Source of the DNA: a virus
DNA: 64,000 nucleotides
Virus record (IMG/VR): IMGVR_UViG_3300034418_012856
Coordinates: 19,838-83,837 of that record
Strand: one strand, 5' to 3'
Below the pieces are notes generated by a model. It saw only the letters and a list, made by a program, of their open reading frames with translations, made no database searches and was not told the DNA's origin. Shown one piece after another: positions 37,277 through 46,242 of the stretch (positions are counted from its first letter, which is position 1; each line of letters opens with the position of its first letter). A program made the position numbers and the translations under genes.

Positions 37277-37945
37277 ATGAATATCAAACTAGTCCATATA
37301 CTCACAGAACCCGAAACAAGAAGGGAGCAAGCATCGATAGATTCTTTATCTCCCCTAGGTGAAATGGGATTGACTTACTATCAGCAGGTAAATGAGAGAT
37401 ACAAAGGTGAAGCTTGGAGGGAAGTTCCTGCTCTATCACAATCTCCTGCAACTAATCACGGTCCTGGTCATTACGGTGCCTTCCAGTCTTTCAAAAAAGC
37501 AATGCTTGAGAATTTTACCGACGATCTTGATGCTTTGGTTCTTTGTGAATGTGATTGTGTGTTGGAAACTTCCCATGAGGATTTTATGAAAACCCTTGAG
37601 AGGGGTATTGAATTTTGCAATGAAAACGATCTTAAATACCTTTCATTGGGATCTAGGTTTGTAAAGGGGGTTTTACAGTCCCCAGAGACTGGCAGTGACC
37701 CAAAATTCCCTGAATTTTATATTACAAACAAGGTAATATTGGCACATTGTGTTGTTCTCCCTGCTTTGTCTAGGGATGTCATTTTAGATTGTATCGATAA
37801 ATTTAGCTGGGATAGCCCAGATATTTGGTTTAATGAGGTACTTTGGAGAAGTGGGCTAAACCAATTCGCAATTGTAAAGGAAAGACTTGCAAGACAACAC
37901 GAAGGTGTTTCCCTTATTGATAATGTTTGGAAAGAATCTCAATAA
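37277..37945 (+). CDS. Glycosyltransferase, GT25-like
   Basis: GHYGAFQSF..A, LVLCECD (cf. GC..SH, ILEDD), AHCVV, D.W. Confidence 0.6.
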   Translation: MNIKLVHILTEPETRREQASIDSLSPLGEMGLTYYQQVNERYKGEAWREVPALSQSPATNHGPGHYGAFQSFKKAMLENFTDDLDALVLCECDCVLETSHEDFMKTLERGIEFCNENDLKYLSLGSRFVKGVLQSPETGSDPKFPEFYITNKVILAHCVVLPALSRDVILDCIDKFSWDSPDIWFNEVLWRSGLNQFAIVKERLARQHEGVSLIDNVWKESQ

Positions 37946-38674
37946 CTATCTCTTTTCTTTTTGTTCTTTAGAAACTTCTCTTATAAATAATTCCTTAGCT
38001 ATCTTAAGAATAACTGAATCCTCATTAAAGTCTTCGTAGATCTCCATAATATTGATATCCGGATCTACGTCTTTTTTTATTTCCAACGATTCAATTGCCT
38101 CGTGTGCGATGAATTCGTAAGACATTGAAAAATAAGGGTTTCTTAGAGGTATTTTTTTGAGCATTGTTGCATCTGATCCCTTGTTGGTTCTTCCGCATTG
38201 CCACCAATATACAAAAACGTTGTCGGTGGACATGTTTCTAAATATTAGGATCCCACAATCTCTATTTTCTTTTGTGGTGAATCTTTCCAAACTAAAAGCC
38301 CTAATCCTGTTCTCTAAATTTTTCCAAAGGCTCATTCCCATGTCCGCGTATTTATAGAGAATGTTTAGCGAATTATCAATTATAGACAGAATCTCTTCCA
38401 CCTCATCATCGCTAAAATCGCATCCTCGGAAATAAGTTATAAGATCGTGGATATTTGAAGGTAGTTCTTCTGATACCTCCTTGAATTCGTTTTCGATCCA
38501 AACCTTAACGGAGGTCAATTCTTTGATCATGGAGAAAATTCTCTTGATCGGATAATATATGTCTTCGTCTTCTATGTCTTTATTGACCGTAGATAGGAAG
38601 TCTAATAAAATGTATTGTTTGTATTCTTGATCGATTGGATATTCGATGAACCATGTGGGTTTAATGTCTTTCAT
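37946..38674 (-). CDS. Hypothetical protein, the only convincing minus-strand gene
   Basis: 242-aa ORF filling the gap; WF....ID.EYKQY.LL.FL N-terminus; AATATATA on the minus strand at 38701-38708. Confidence 0.7.
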   Translation of the reverse strand: MKDIKPTWFIEYPIDQEYKQYILLDFLSTVNKDIEDEDIYYPIKRIFSMIKELTSVKVWIENEFKEVSEELPSNIHDLITYFRGCDFSDDEVEEILSIIDNSLNILYKYADMGMSLWKNLENRIRAFSLERFTTKENRDCGILIFRNMSTDNVFVYWWQCGRTNKGSDATMLKKIPLRNPYFSMSYEFIAHEAIESLEIKKDVDPDINIMEIYEDFNEDSVILKIAKELFIREVSKEQKEKR

Positions 38675-38756
38675 GGTGGGAAGAATTATGTTTGTTACTC
38701 TATATATTAACCCCCCGCCATTCTTCTAGACTTTTAAAGAACACGTTTTGAATCTT

Positions 38757-38764
38757 GATATATA
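38757..38764 (+). promoter_or_regulatory. Putative late promoter GATATATA (divergent pair with 38701-38708)
   Basis: 24 nt upstream of 38789. Confidence 0.7.
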
Positions 38765-38788
38765 ATACATAAAAAAAGTGGTTTCCCA

Positions 38789-39226
38789 ATGCCAAGAATA
38801 GACGATTATATTTCTTTTAGTTCTAATAAGAAAAACAATATTTCCAACGAGTTTTCATTTTCAGCTGAACTCGGGTTACTTGATGTCCAGGTAGTTAATA
38901 GGCCACCTGAAATTAGTGATGTTGATTCTCTTGAGTGTGAGATTGAATACAAAGCTGGAATAGAGAGGAAAAAAGGGGGAATCCAAGATATTAGCTTTTT
39001 TGTAGAAAGTATTGAACTCGAAATTAAGGTTGATGATTACCCTAACGAACAAAAAGAATTTGAGTTTGATATTGTCCCCGATGCAACTATCCCTATTCCT
39101 TCCGTGGTAATTCAGAAGGGAACAAGGTTAGTTCCAACAGATCCAACTTTTCTAAGGATTGATATGAGAAAATCAATGAATCCGAAGGACTTTAAAGTGC
39201 AAATCCTTTTTGGAACAAATGAATAA
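38789..39226 (+). CDS. Hypothetical protein
   Basis: 145-aa ORF after a late promoter. Confidence 0.55.
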   Translation: MPRIDDYISFSSNKKNNISNEFSFSAELGLLDVQVVNRPPEISDVDSLECEIEYKAGIERKKGGIQDISFFVESIELEIKVDDYPNEQKEFEFDIVPDATIPIPSVVIQKGTRLVPTDPTFLRIDMRKSMNPKDFKVQILFGTNE

Positions 39227-40130
39227 AGCCTTAAGTTTTAAACTATTTGGTAAACTCCACGAGTCTAAGTCCGTATCCAAAAGTGACATTGGTTTGATAG
39301 GACCTAACCTTAATGGAGAGATCAAATTAAAATTAGAGAATCCTGGACTAGTCCTAAAAAGGGTCGAGGAGGGAGATGACTATGTTTTCAGCATTGGAGA
39401 AAAGTCCTGCTCTATTCCAAAAAAGTACGTGGGTCTTAGTACCCAACCTGGTTTTGAAGTTGTTACTTTTGATACCAATATGAATTGGTTTAAGGATGAG
39501 AAAAACAGAAATGCCTTTGACGATATAGTGGAAGAATTCGTTTCGTCGAAATTTTCAAAAATGGGAAAATCTTTTAATAAGATTGAGGAGGATGCAAACG
39601 TTATCTTAGACATGCTAGGAATAGAAGATGATATTAAATCATGTAATCATTCTTCTGATTTATCTTTGGATGCAGAGATCTCGAACGGTATGGAAATAGA
39701 GCTGGTTAAAGAAAATCACGATGACCTCTTTAAGAAGATATTCATTTATAGAGATTCTGATGCAATACATCCATTCCTTGCAATTAAAAGGAACGGGAAT
39801 AGGTTCAGCTGTGAATACCGTACACCACGGGGAATGTTTGAGTGTAAACACGATTCAATTGCTGAAATGCTAGAGAATCCCGTTGATAAATATCTTCTTA
39901 CTGTATGCACTGGAAGTGAAACAGAGGGTTCGCAAAGGGAACTAGTCGATCATCTAATGAAGCTTTTTAAATATCATTCTTGGTCTAATCCGGACCAAAA
40001 AAATCCTAAAAGTATCCAGGAGAGAAAAGAGATAAAAAGGGTAATGAGTATTTTAAAAAATTCAATACCCGACGATCACATCGAGGAAATGTACTCTGAT
40101 GCTAGATCAAAATTTCTATCGAAAGGATAA
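39219..40130 (+). CDS. Hypothetical protein (possible internal head protein)
   Basis: ATG 39219; ALSFKLF..LHE leader. Confidence 0.5.
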   Translation: MNKALSFKLFGKLHESKSVSKSDIGLIGPNLNGEIKLKLENPGLVLKRVEEGDDYVFSIGEKSCSIPKKYVGLSTQPGFEVVTFDTNMNWFKDEKNRNAFDDIVEEFVSSKFSKMGKSFNKIEEDANVILDMLGIEDDIKSCNHSSDLSLDAEISNGMEIELVKENHDDLFKKIFIYRDSDAIHPFLAIKRNGNRFSCEYRTPRGMFECKHDSIAEMLENPVDKYLLTVCTGSETEGSQRELVDHLMKLFKYHSWSNPDQKNPKSIQERKEIKRVMSILKNSIPDDHIEEMYSDARSKFLSKG

Positions 40131-40135
40131 AAAGC

Positions 40136-40164
40136 GGAACACTTTACAACATTCACCATATAAT
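40136..40164 (+). promoter_or_regulatory. Putative GGAAC-N18-TATAAT promoter
   Basis: Variant of the bipartite motif in intergenic DNA. Confidence 0.45.
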
Positions 40165-40249
40165 TCTTAAATCCAGCAATGCTGTCCGGTGAATTGTTAT
40201 TTTGCATATCTCTTCGAGTTCCAATTAAACTCTTAACATTTGAAGAAAA

Positions 40250-40924
40250 ATGGGATGGCTGAGTCGAATATTCAAGAAAAAGAAAATGGATCTTAAGGAA
40301 AAAACTTTAACAGAATTAAAGGAAGAATTATCCCAGGTTGACTTCCAGTGGATTAAAGGGGATAAGATGGGTAACGTTGAGAAGTTCAACGGGGTTACTC
40401 AGGACGAAGCTACTGGAATGACTTTTGTACAGTTTATTGGTGGTGGAAGGATTAACATTGAGCTTTTGGAGGAGTATTTAGAAACATTCCCTGCTTCTAA
40501 GGTTGATTATAATAATACCTCTGGCAATATTGATTTGACTCAACCGGATGTTCAGATGCAAAAGCAACAGGTTATTCAGGAGCCCACCGTTTCTAAGCCT
40601 GTTAGAAATACTGTTTCTGCCATTGAGCTTGAAGAATCACCGATATATAAACTATTGAAACAGCAGAATGAAAATTGGGTGAATGTGAACATTACTCTTA
40701 AGTTAAATCTGCCTTCAAAAAATTTATACAATGTTTTAATTAGCTCCTTTGATGGTGCTAATGAGGAGATAATTAATTATGTGACCGAAGGAGTTGATAT
40801 TGATGATATTAGAGGTGCTTTGGCAGAATCGATTACTTCTTATTATGGTGGAACTCAAAAATCAACTAGCCAAAGGATAAAGAAAAAGCAAGAAACCAAA
40901 ACGGCGGAAGAAGATGACGAATAA
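40250..40924 (+). CDS. Hypothetical protein
   Basis: 224-aa ORF (alternative ATG at 40286). Confidence 0.6.
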   Translation: MGWLSRIFKKKKMDLKEKTLTELKEELSQVDFQWIKGDKMGNVEKFNGVTQDEATGMTFVQFIGGGRINIELLEEYLETFPASKVDYNNTSGNIDLTQPDVQMQKQQVIQEPTVSKPVRNTVSAIELEESPIYKLLKQQNENWVNVNITLKLNLPSKNLYNVLISSFDGANEEIINYVTEGVDIDDIRGALAESITSYYGGTQKSTSQRIKKKQETKTAEEDDE

Positions 40925-41489
40925 AATACTTTTTGAAACTAAGGGATTAAACCTTGTTGAGAGAGACGGTAGGGTTGGAGTAGTTCCAACTTTTATGAAT
41001 GTTGTAGTAATGCCATTCGTTTCTGATGAACAAGGACTTCCTCTTGCTATTGGTGTCCTAAAGGAATCAAATCCCTTTAGAGAAGGTGGAATGACAGTTT
41101 CACTTATAACTGGCACAAGTGATGATGAGGATCCAGATCTTTTGACCACAGCAAAGAGAGAATTGCTAGAAGAGAGTGGATTTGATGCACCAGAAAATGA
41201 TAGGTGGTATTATTTGGGGTCAGTTACCTCCTCAAAGTTTGTAGACCATGAGCAGCCCTGCTTTGCTGTTGACGTAACAGGATTGCAAAAGGGAGAGGCT
41301 TTGACAGATGGAACAAAGGAGGAGCAAGAAATGGAATTTAAATTTATTCCAGCTAACGATGTTGTTAAAGCTAAAGATATCTTCATTCCTGGGCTTTTCC
41401 TTAAATTGTTCAAGTATGTTTTGGGAATTGACATACAAGGTTCCTCTCAAACTCCCGATGATGAAGTTTTTAAATTTTCTGCAGAATGA
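40914..41489 (+). CDS. NUDIX hydrolase
   Basis: Nudix box G.....D......AKRELLEESG. Confidence 0.85.
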   Translation: MTNKILFETKGLNLVERDGRVGVVPTFMNVVVMPFVSDEQGLPLAIGVLKESNPFREGGMTVSLITGTSDDEDPDLLTTAKRELLEESGFDAPENDRWYYLGSVTSSKFVDHEQPCFAVDVTGLQKGEALTDGTKEEQEMEFKFIPANDVVKAKDIFIPGLFLKLFKYVLGIDIQGSSQTPDDEVFKFSAE

Positions 41490-41824
41490 GTCAATCAAGA
41501 AGACAAAGAAGACAAATGGCTAAACAGTTTGGCCTTTTAGGTAAAAAGGAATCTTTTTCTGATATGAGAGAAAGGATCAGGAGAGCACAACAGATGGGTA
41601 AACAAATACATCTGAAAAACCTTGAAAATAATCGCAATAACCAAATCGAGGCTGATTTGGATAAAGAAAGGAAGTCCCAAGATTCTTTAATCAAAGAGGT
41701 TGTTAATAGAGAAGATCGGGAGGAATCCGATATTCAATTAAATCCCGGGTCCTTTGACTTTTTAAATGATGTTAAAGATGGTCCGCAGGCTGCTAGTGAA
41801 AATGTGAGTGAGGATAATGCCTAA
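41486..41824 (+). CDS. Hypothetical protein, Arg-rich N-terminus
   Basis: SRRQRR motif; coupled ATGA overlap. Confidence 0.5.
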   Translation: MSQSRRQRRQMAKQFGLLGKKESFSDMRERIRRAQQMGKQIHLKNLENNRNNQIEADLDKERKSQDSLIKEVVNREDREESDIQLNPGSFDFLNDVKDGPQAASENVSEDNA

Positions 41825-42152
41825 AGAAATTCCAAATACAACATTTTTACTTACCTCTCGGTCTTTAAAAGAGGCCAAAAGAAAATATTGCTCCGGTAAA
41901 ACTTATTACATAGTTGATATAGGTAAAATAATTAGGGAGCTCGGATATGACATGGATGAATTAACACCAGAGTCAGAATTCGTCATCAATTACGCTGTTC
42001 AGAAGAAAATTACACAAGGAATATATAGTACAAGATGCAATGACATCTTGGTGGTTTACAAAAACATCTCACAGAGATTCGCAGAAAATTTAGAACATTT
42101 TCTAGCTGAGGACATGGAGGAGGAGTTTGAGTTTACCATCACGGTTGAATAA
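41817..42152 (+). CDS. Hypothetical protein
   Basis: ATG 41817 overlapping the previous stop. Confidence 0.5.
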   Translation: MPKEIPNTTFLLTSRSLKEAKRKYCSGKTYYIVDIGKIIRELGYDMDELTPESEFVINYAVQKKITQGIYSTRCNDILVVYKNISQRFAENLEHFLAEDMEEEFEFTITVE

Positions 42153-42171
42153 AAAAATCTTGACTATATAA

Positions 42172-44121
42172 ATGTCAACTTCCAATAACAGGAACTCACA
42201 AACTGGATCTGTCTCTCAAACCGAAGGGTTTTCTAATAGGGTGTTAGGATTTGATTATGGAGCAACTAATGCTGCCAATAGTTCAATCTACGGATCAAAA
42301 GAAGCTCAGAGAGATGCTGCCTCATCACAGTTAACTGGCAGGATGTCCAATCTGGGATCTGTGAATCCCAACAAGGGTCCAACTGCAAGGACTCTTTTTT
42401 ATAACGGGGGTTTCTATAGCTCAGATAATGCCAAATACGGGCAGTTTCTGCTTTATTCGTTTGGTAATAACCAAAATGACTTCATTCAGGAATACTACAA
42501 ATCAGAAAACCGGGATTTCAACTCCAGGATTTCTTCTGTTTTAAGTGTTACTGGGAGAGGCGGTAGCAAGAACCCGTCTGCTGGCCAATTGGTAAATATT
42601 ACCCAGACTACCCTTAACCAAATAGACTCAAACCCTGAAACAAGTGAGGAAAGGGAAAGCTTAAGTACAAGGGGTAATAAGTCTTTGATTGTTGGTGGCG
42701 CTTCCGCTCCTTATTATTGGAAGGATTTCCTTTATTGTAAATATTACGGATCAATCCCTAATAATTATATGATTACCCTTAGAAGATTCCCAGCTCCGAT
42801 GAGGGATAATCTTTCTATTCCAGATCAGCTCTTAGCAAGTGATCTTTATGGCAAGCAGGGAGCAGGAAGACCTGTTGCCCAAGCGGTAACGTGGTGGGGC
42901 GGTGACACAAACAATTCATTAAAAGACGTTATTGGATTTCAAGCCGGACTAAAATGGGATCCAAAAACACAGGATGATGTTAAGTACCAAAAAGGATTTG
43001 ATCAAGGATTTTTCAAAAGTGTTCTTGGTCGAGCTTTTGCTGGTGCAGCTGCTGGTGCTGGAGCAGGTGACCTTTTAGCCAGAGCTGGTGATGTTGCCAA
43101 CTTAGCTGTTGCAGCTACCGACGGAGGTAGAGATGAGGTCACTATACCTAAGATTAACTTTGCGTTGCGTGATAAGATGCTGACCGAGGGAGGTCCACTA
43201 TCGGATTTTATATTTGTTTCTGTAGATACCGTCGATAAAACCTGGGTTAGAGATAGAGGTTTAACTTTCTCAGAAGAACCCTTCCAGCTTGATTTTCATT
43301 ATGAGCTTACCTCAGTTGGTGAGGTAAACACTAAAGCTGCAATGATCGATATATTAGGTAATTTGCTTGCTATTGGTACCAATTATGGAAATTTTTTAAC
43401 CCCAGATATTAGATACGATAATACCTTCCCTGCTATCGGATTTCCTGGTGGTGAGGAGGGTCTCAAAGCATTTTATTCAGATCCTATTGGCTGGACAAAA
43501 ACTGCAATTAAATTTTTGGCCAATCCTGATGCTGAAACCATGAACGATCCACAGGCTCAGGCTTTTAAAGAGTCTGCTGCCACTGTTGAAAAATCAATAG
43601 CTGAGCTACAAAGTGTGATTAAGCAGCTTGATAGCAACGATTTAGCTGAGCTCATTGAAAAAGATGCAGCTATCGGTAATATTCTTGCTTTCGCATTGGC
43701 TGATGACTTTATACAAAATATACAGTTGCCTGTTGCTATCCAAACCGGAGCACCTACTGGAGAATGGCACTTAGTAGTTGGCAATCCCATGAACCCAATA
43801 GCTATGATTGGTAATGTTATTTGTGAAGGTGTAGATATCCAATTTAGTGAAGTTTTAGGCCCTGATGATTTTCCAACAGAACTTGTTGCTACTTTTACAT
43901 TAAGACACGGTAGGAATAGAGAAAGAGGTGAGATTGAAAGCATGTTCAATAGAGGTGATGGAAGGCTTTATCAGAGCACAATTCCGACATATGCTAGTAA
44001 TCAATCTAGCTTTAACCAAGGTCTCTCCGATGGATCTACTGTTAGTACTTTCAGAGGAGGAACAATTACTACAGATTCACCAAACGATATTTCAACTAGG
44101 AACGGAGGAACCCCTCAGTAA
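42172..44121 (+). CDS. Probable baseplate/tail-tube initiator-type structural protein
   Basis: First gene of the baseplate cluster; C-terminal GN.I...VDIQF......DDFPTEL.A.FTL resembles gp48/gp54-type tube folds. Confidence 0.45.
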   Translation: MSTSNNRNSQTGSVSQTEGFSNRVLGFDYGATNAANSSIYGSKEAQRDAASSQLTGRMSNLGSVNPNKGPTARTLFYNGGFYSSDNAKYGQFLLYSFGNNQNDFIQEYYKSENRDFNSRISSVLSVTGRGGSKNPSAGQLVNITQTTLNQIDSNPETSEERESLSTRGNKSLIVGGASAPYYWKDFLYCKYYGSIPNNYMITLRRFPAPMRDNLSIPDQLLASDLYGKQGAGRPVAQAVTWWGGDTNNSLKDVIGFQAGLKWDPKTQDDVKYQKGFDQGFFKSVLGRAFAGAAAGAGAGDLLARAGDVANLAVAATDGGRDEVTIPKINFALRDKMLTEGGPLSDFIFVSVDTVDKTWVRDRGLTFSEEPFQLDFHYELTSVGEVNTKAAMIDILGNLLAIGTNYGNFLTPDIRYDNTFPAIGFPGGEEGLKAFYSDPIGWTKTAIKFLANPDAETMNDPQAQAFKESAATVEKSIAELQSVIKQLDSNDLAELIEKDAAIGNILAFALADDFIQNIQLPVAIQTGAPTGEWHLVVGNPMNPIAMIGNVICEGVDIQFSEVLGPDDFPTELVATFTLRHGRNRERGEIESMFNRGDGRLYQSTIPTYASNQSSFNQGLSDGSTVSTFRGGTITTDSPNDISTRNGGTPQ

Positions 44122-44138
44122 AAAACAATATTTAGCAT

Positions 44139-44708
44139 ATGTTGCAGATTGATATACTTAATAAAAATAAAGGTCTTTTCAATCCAGATTCTGAACAACT
44201 TCAAAGAAATTATGGAATTTGGGATTTAACAAGATCTAGTATAACTTATGCTGGAGTAGACGTAAGGTTTAAGAAATATGTGGTTATTAAGAGTGACGAC
44301 CAGATGAGGCCTGATTTGTTAGCTTATAGATCTTTTGGTGACATGAACTATACAGGTAGTTTGTTAAAAATTAATTCGGTGTCAAACCCTTTTGCTGTTG
44401 GTGAGGGAGATGTTTTTGCTATTCCAACCCCTAAATCTGTGGAAGGGATGTTTTCTAATAAGAAAACTCTTAAAGATGAGTCAAATAAGAATCCAAATTC
44501 ACAGTTTAGAGACTCTCAGGAGCAAAGAAAATTCAAAGTAAGTGATTCTAGAAAAGAATTTCTTGCCAAAAGGAAAAATCCTACACCTCAGATACTTCCT
44601 CCTAATGTTTTGCAAGATGGCGAAAGACAAACTGTAAGGACAAATGCTGTTATCGGGCTTGCTCCTGATGTAAGCAATGCTTCTCCAAATCCTAATGCTA
44701 ATGTTTAA
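44139..44708 (+). CDS. gp53: Baseplate wedge protein, LysM-like
   Basis: RPDLLAYR.FGD....LLKIN..SNPF. Confidence 0.7.
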   Translation: MLQIDILNKNKGLFNPDSEQLQRNYGIWDLTRSSITYAGVDVRFKKYVVIKSDDQMRPDLLAYRSFGDMNYTGSLLKINSVSNPFAVGEGDVFAIPTPKSVEGMFSNKKTLKDESNKNPNSQFRDSQEQRKFKVSDSRKEFLAKRKNPTPQILPPNVLQDGERQTVRTNAVIGLAPDVSNASPNPNANV

Positions 44709-44713
44709 AACTA

Positions 44714-46219
44714 ATGGCATCAGATCAGATTGTAATAAATAATTTTTCAAAAACAAGTATCAGACTTGATGAGCTTGTTGTTCCTAATAGATCTGGGCAA
44801 GAAATACCAAACCAACCTTTATTTAGCGATGCCGACGATAAATCTTGGGGAGCTTATAGACCTGTTGTTTTTATCAATGGGTATTATGTTGATCAGTATA
44901 TGGACCATTTTGAGTTCGTTCAAGGGGATTTCCTTCCAACTATAAGGGTTACATTTACTATGGGAGATCCACTTTTTATAAGTGTCAACTATCCAAAAGA
45001 TGGTGATATAATTTCTATGTACATACGGTCTAGAGAGGATATCTATAAGCCAATAAGGATGGATTTCAATGTGCTGAGTGTAAGATCCTCGCAATCTCAA
45101 GATCCCGATGGGTCCAAGATAAGGTTTACTATTCTGGGGGAAACTAGAATTCCTGGCTTATATTCTGAGGTTTCTAGGGCACTTAGAAATATGACCTCCT
45201 ATGATGCTCTTTTTGAAATCTCTCAGGCTTTAAATCTTGGATTTTCTTCTAATGATGATGGTTTGGATGACACCATGACTTGGATTTGTCCTAATTTTTC
45301 TCTTTACCAATTTATCCATGAGATATGTGAAAGAGCTTATAAAAATGACGAGAGCTTCTACAAGGTTTGGATAGACCCCTATTATAATCTAACATTTGTA
45401 AATCTGAATAACCAATTGACGGCGGATGACTATATACAACAAGTGAAGGTTGTTCGTGGAGATCCTGATTCTACAAATGATACTTTTTTACCCGGGACAA
45501 ATCTTGATATGCAAGAAATGCCTTTAGCTTTCACAAACCAAAAAGGATCAGGAGATCTTCCATTTTATATTACCAATTTTACCATGCTTTCGAAGGCTGG
45601 AAATACGAATAACAAATACGGATACATTCAGGAGGTTCAGTTTTATGACGATGGTTTGCAGGTTGAAAATGGGAATTTTACTGAGAAGTATATTAAGTAC
45701 ACAATAGAGGCCACTACAACTGAAAACATCGGTGAAAATCAAGTTTTACAAAAAGGTAGACCAAAAGAAGATGAATACAAACTTGAGGTCAGAAAAGCTT
45801 GGTATGGATCTCTCAATAACAGCCCTGGTGGCGGAGGTGTACATGATAACTTTATTCAAGCCTTAATTCAAAATGAATTTAATAAAGGCGACCTTGAAAA
45901 GTTTACACTCAAACTGGAATTGAGTGGATATTATGCAGGCATTTACCGTGGACAAGCAGCCCCTGTTTTAATCTATGCTAATAAGCAGGGAAAGAGGAAA
46001 GAAAACACCGGGGTATCAAGTGATCAGAAACCCCAAGATGATGTAAACCCGGTTTTAGATCAATTTCTATCCGGTATTTACATCATTAGCTCAATTGAGG
46101 TTAAGTATGATACCTTTAGAGGTATGTACCAGGTAGTTTATCTCAATAAAAGAGAATGGACTCTCAATAGTGCTGGTCCTTTCCCTAAATCTTTCCCAAT
46201 AAATCTCCTAACCGGATAA
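44714..46219 (+). CDS. Baseplate hub protein (gp27-like)
   Basis: Position between gp53 and gp5; WICPN, D.YYNL.FVNL, D.FLSGIY.I..I. Confidence 0.5.
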   Translation: MASDQIVINNFSKTSIRLDELVVPNRSGQEIPNQPLFSDADDKSWGAYRPVVFINGYYVDQYMDHFEFVQGDFLPTIRVTFTMGDPLFISVNYPKDGDIISMYIRSREDIYKPIRMDFNVLSVRSSQSQDPDGSKIRFTILGETRIPGLYSEVSRALRNMTSYDALFEISQALNLGFSSNDDGLDDTMTWICPNFSLYQFIHEICERAYKNDESFYKVWIDPYYNLTFVNLNNQLTADDYIQQVKVVRGDPDSTNDTFLPGTNLDMQEMPLAFTNQKGSGDLPFYITNFTMLSKAGNTNNKYGYIQEVQFYDDGLQVENGNFTEKYIKYTIEATTTENIGENQVLQKGRPKEDEYKLEVRKAWYGSLNNSPGGGGVHDNFIQALIQNEFNKGDLEKFTLKLELSGYYAGIYRGQAAPVLIYANKQGKRKENTGVSSDQKPQDDVNPVLDQFLSGIYIISSIEVKYDTFRGMYQVVYLNKREWTLNSAGPFPKSFPINLLTG

Positions 46220-46222
46220 ATA
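46215..46222 (+). promoter_or_regulatory. Late promoter variant GATAAATA
   Basis: 20 nt upstream of 46243. Confidence 0.55.
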
Positions 46223-46242
46223 TAAGAAAATAATAAGCCCAT

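Noticed and set aside
40165-40262. Possible small ORF (27 codons) or ncRNA in the longer intergenic gap
   Set aside because: No convincing structure or translation signal; more likely a 5' leader
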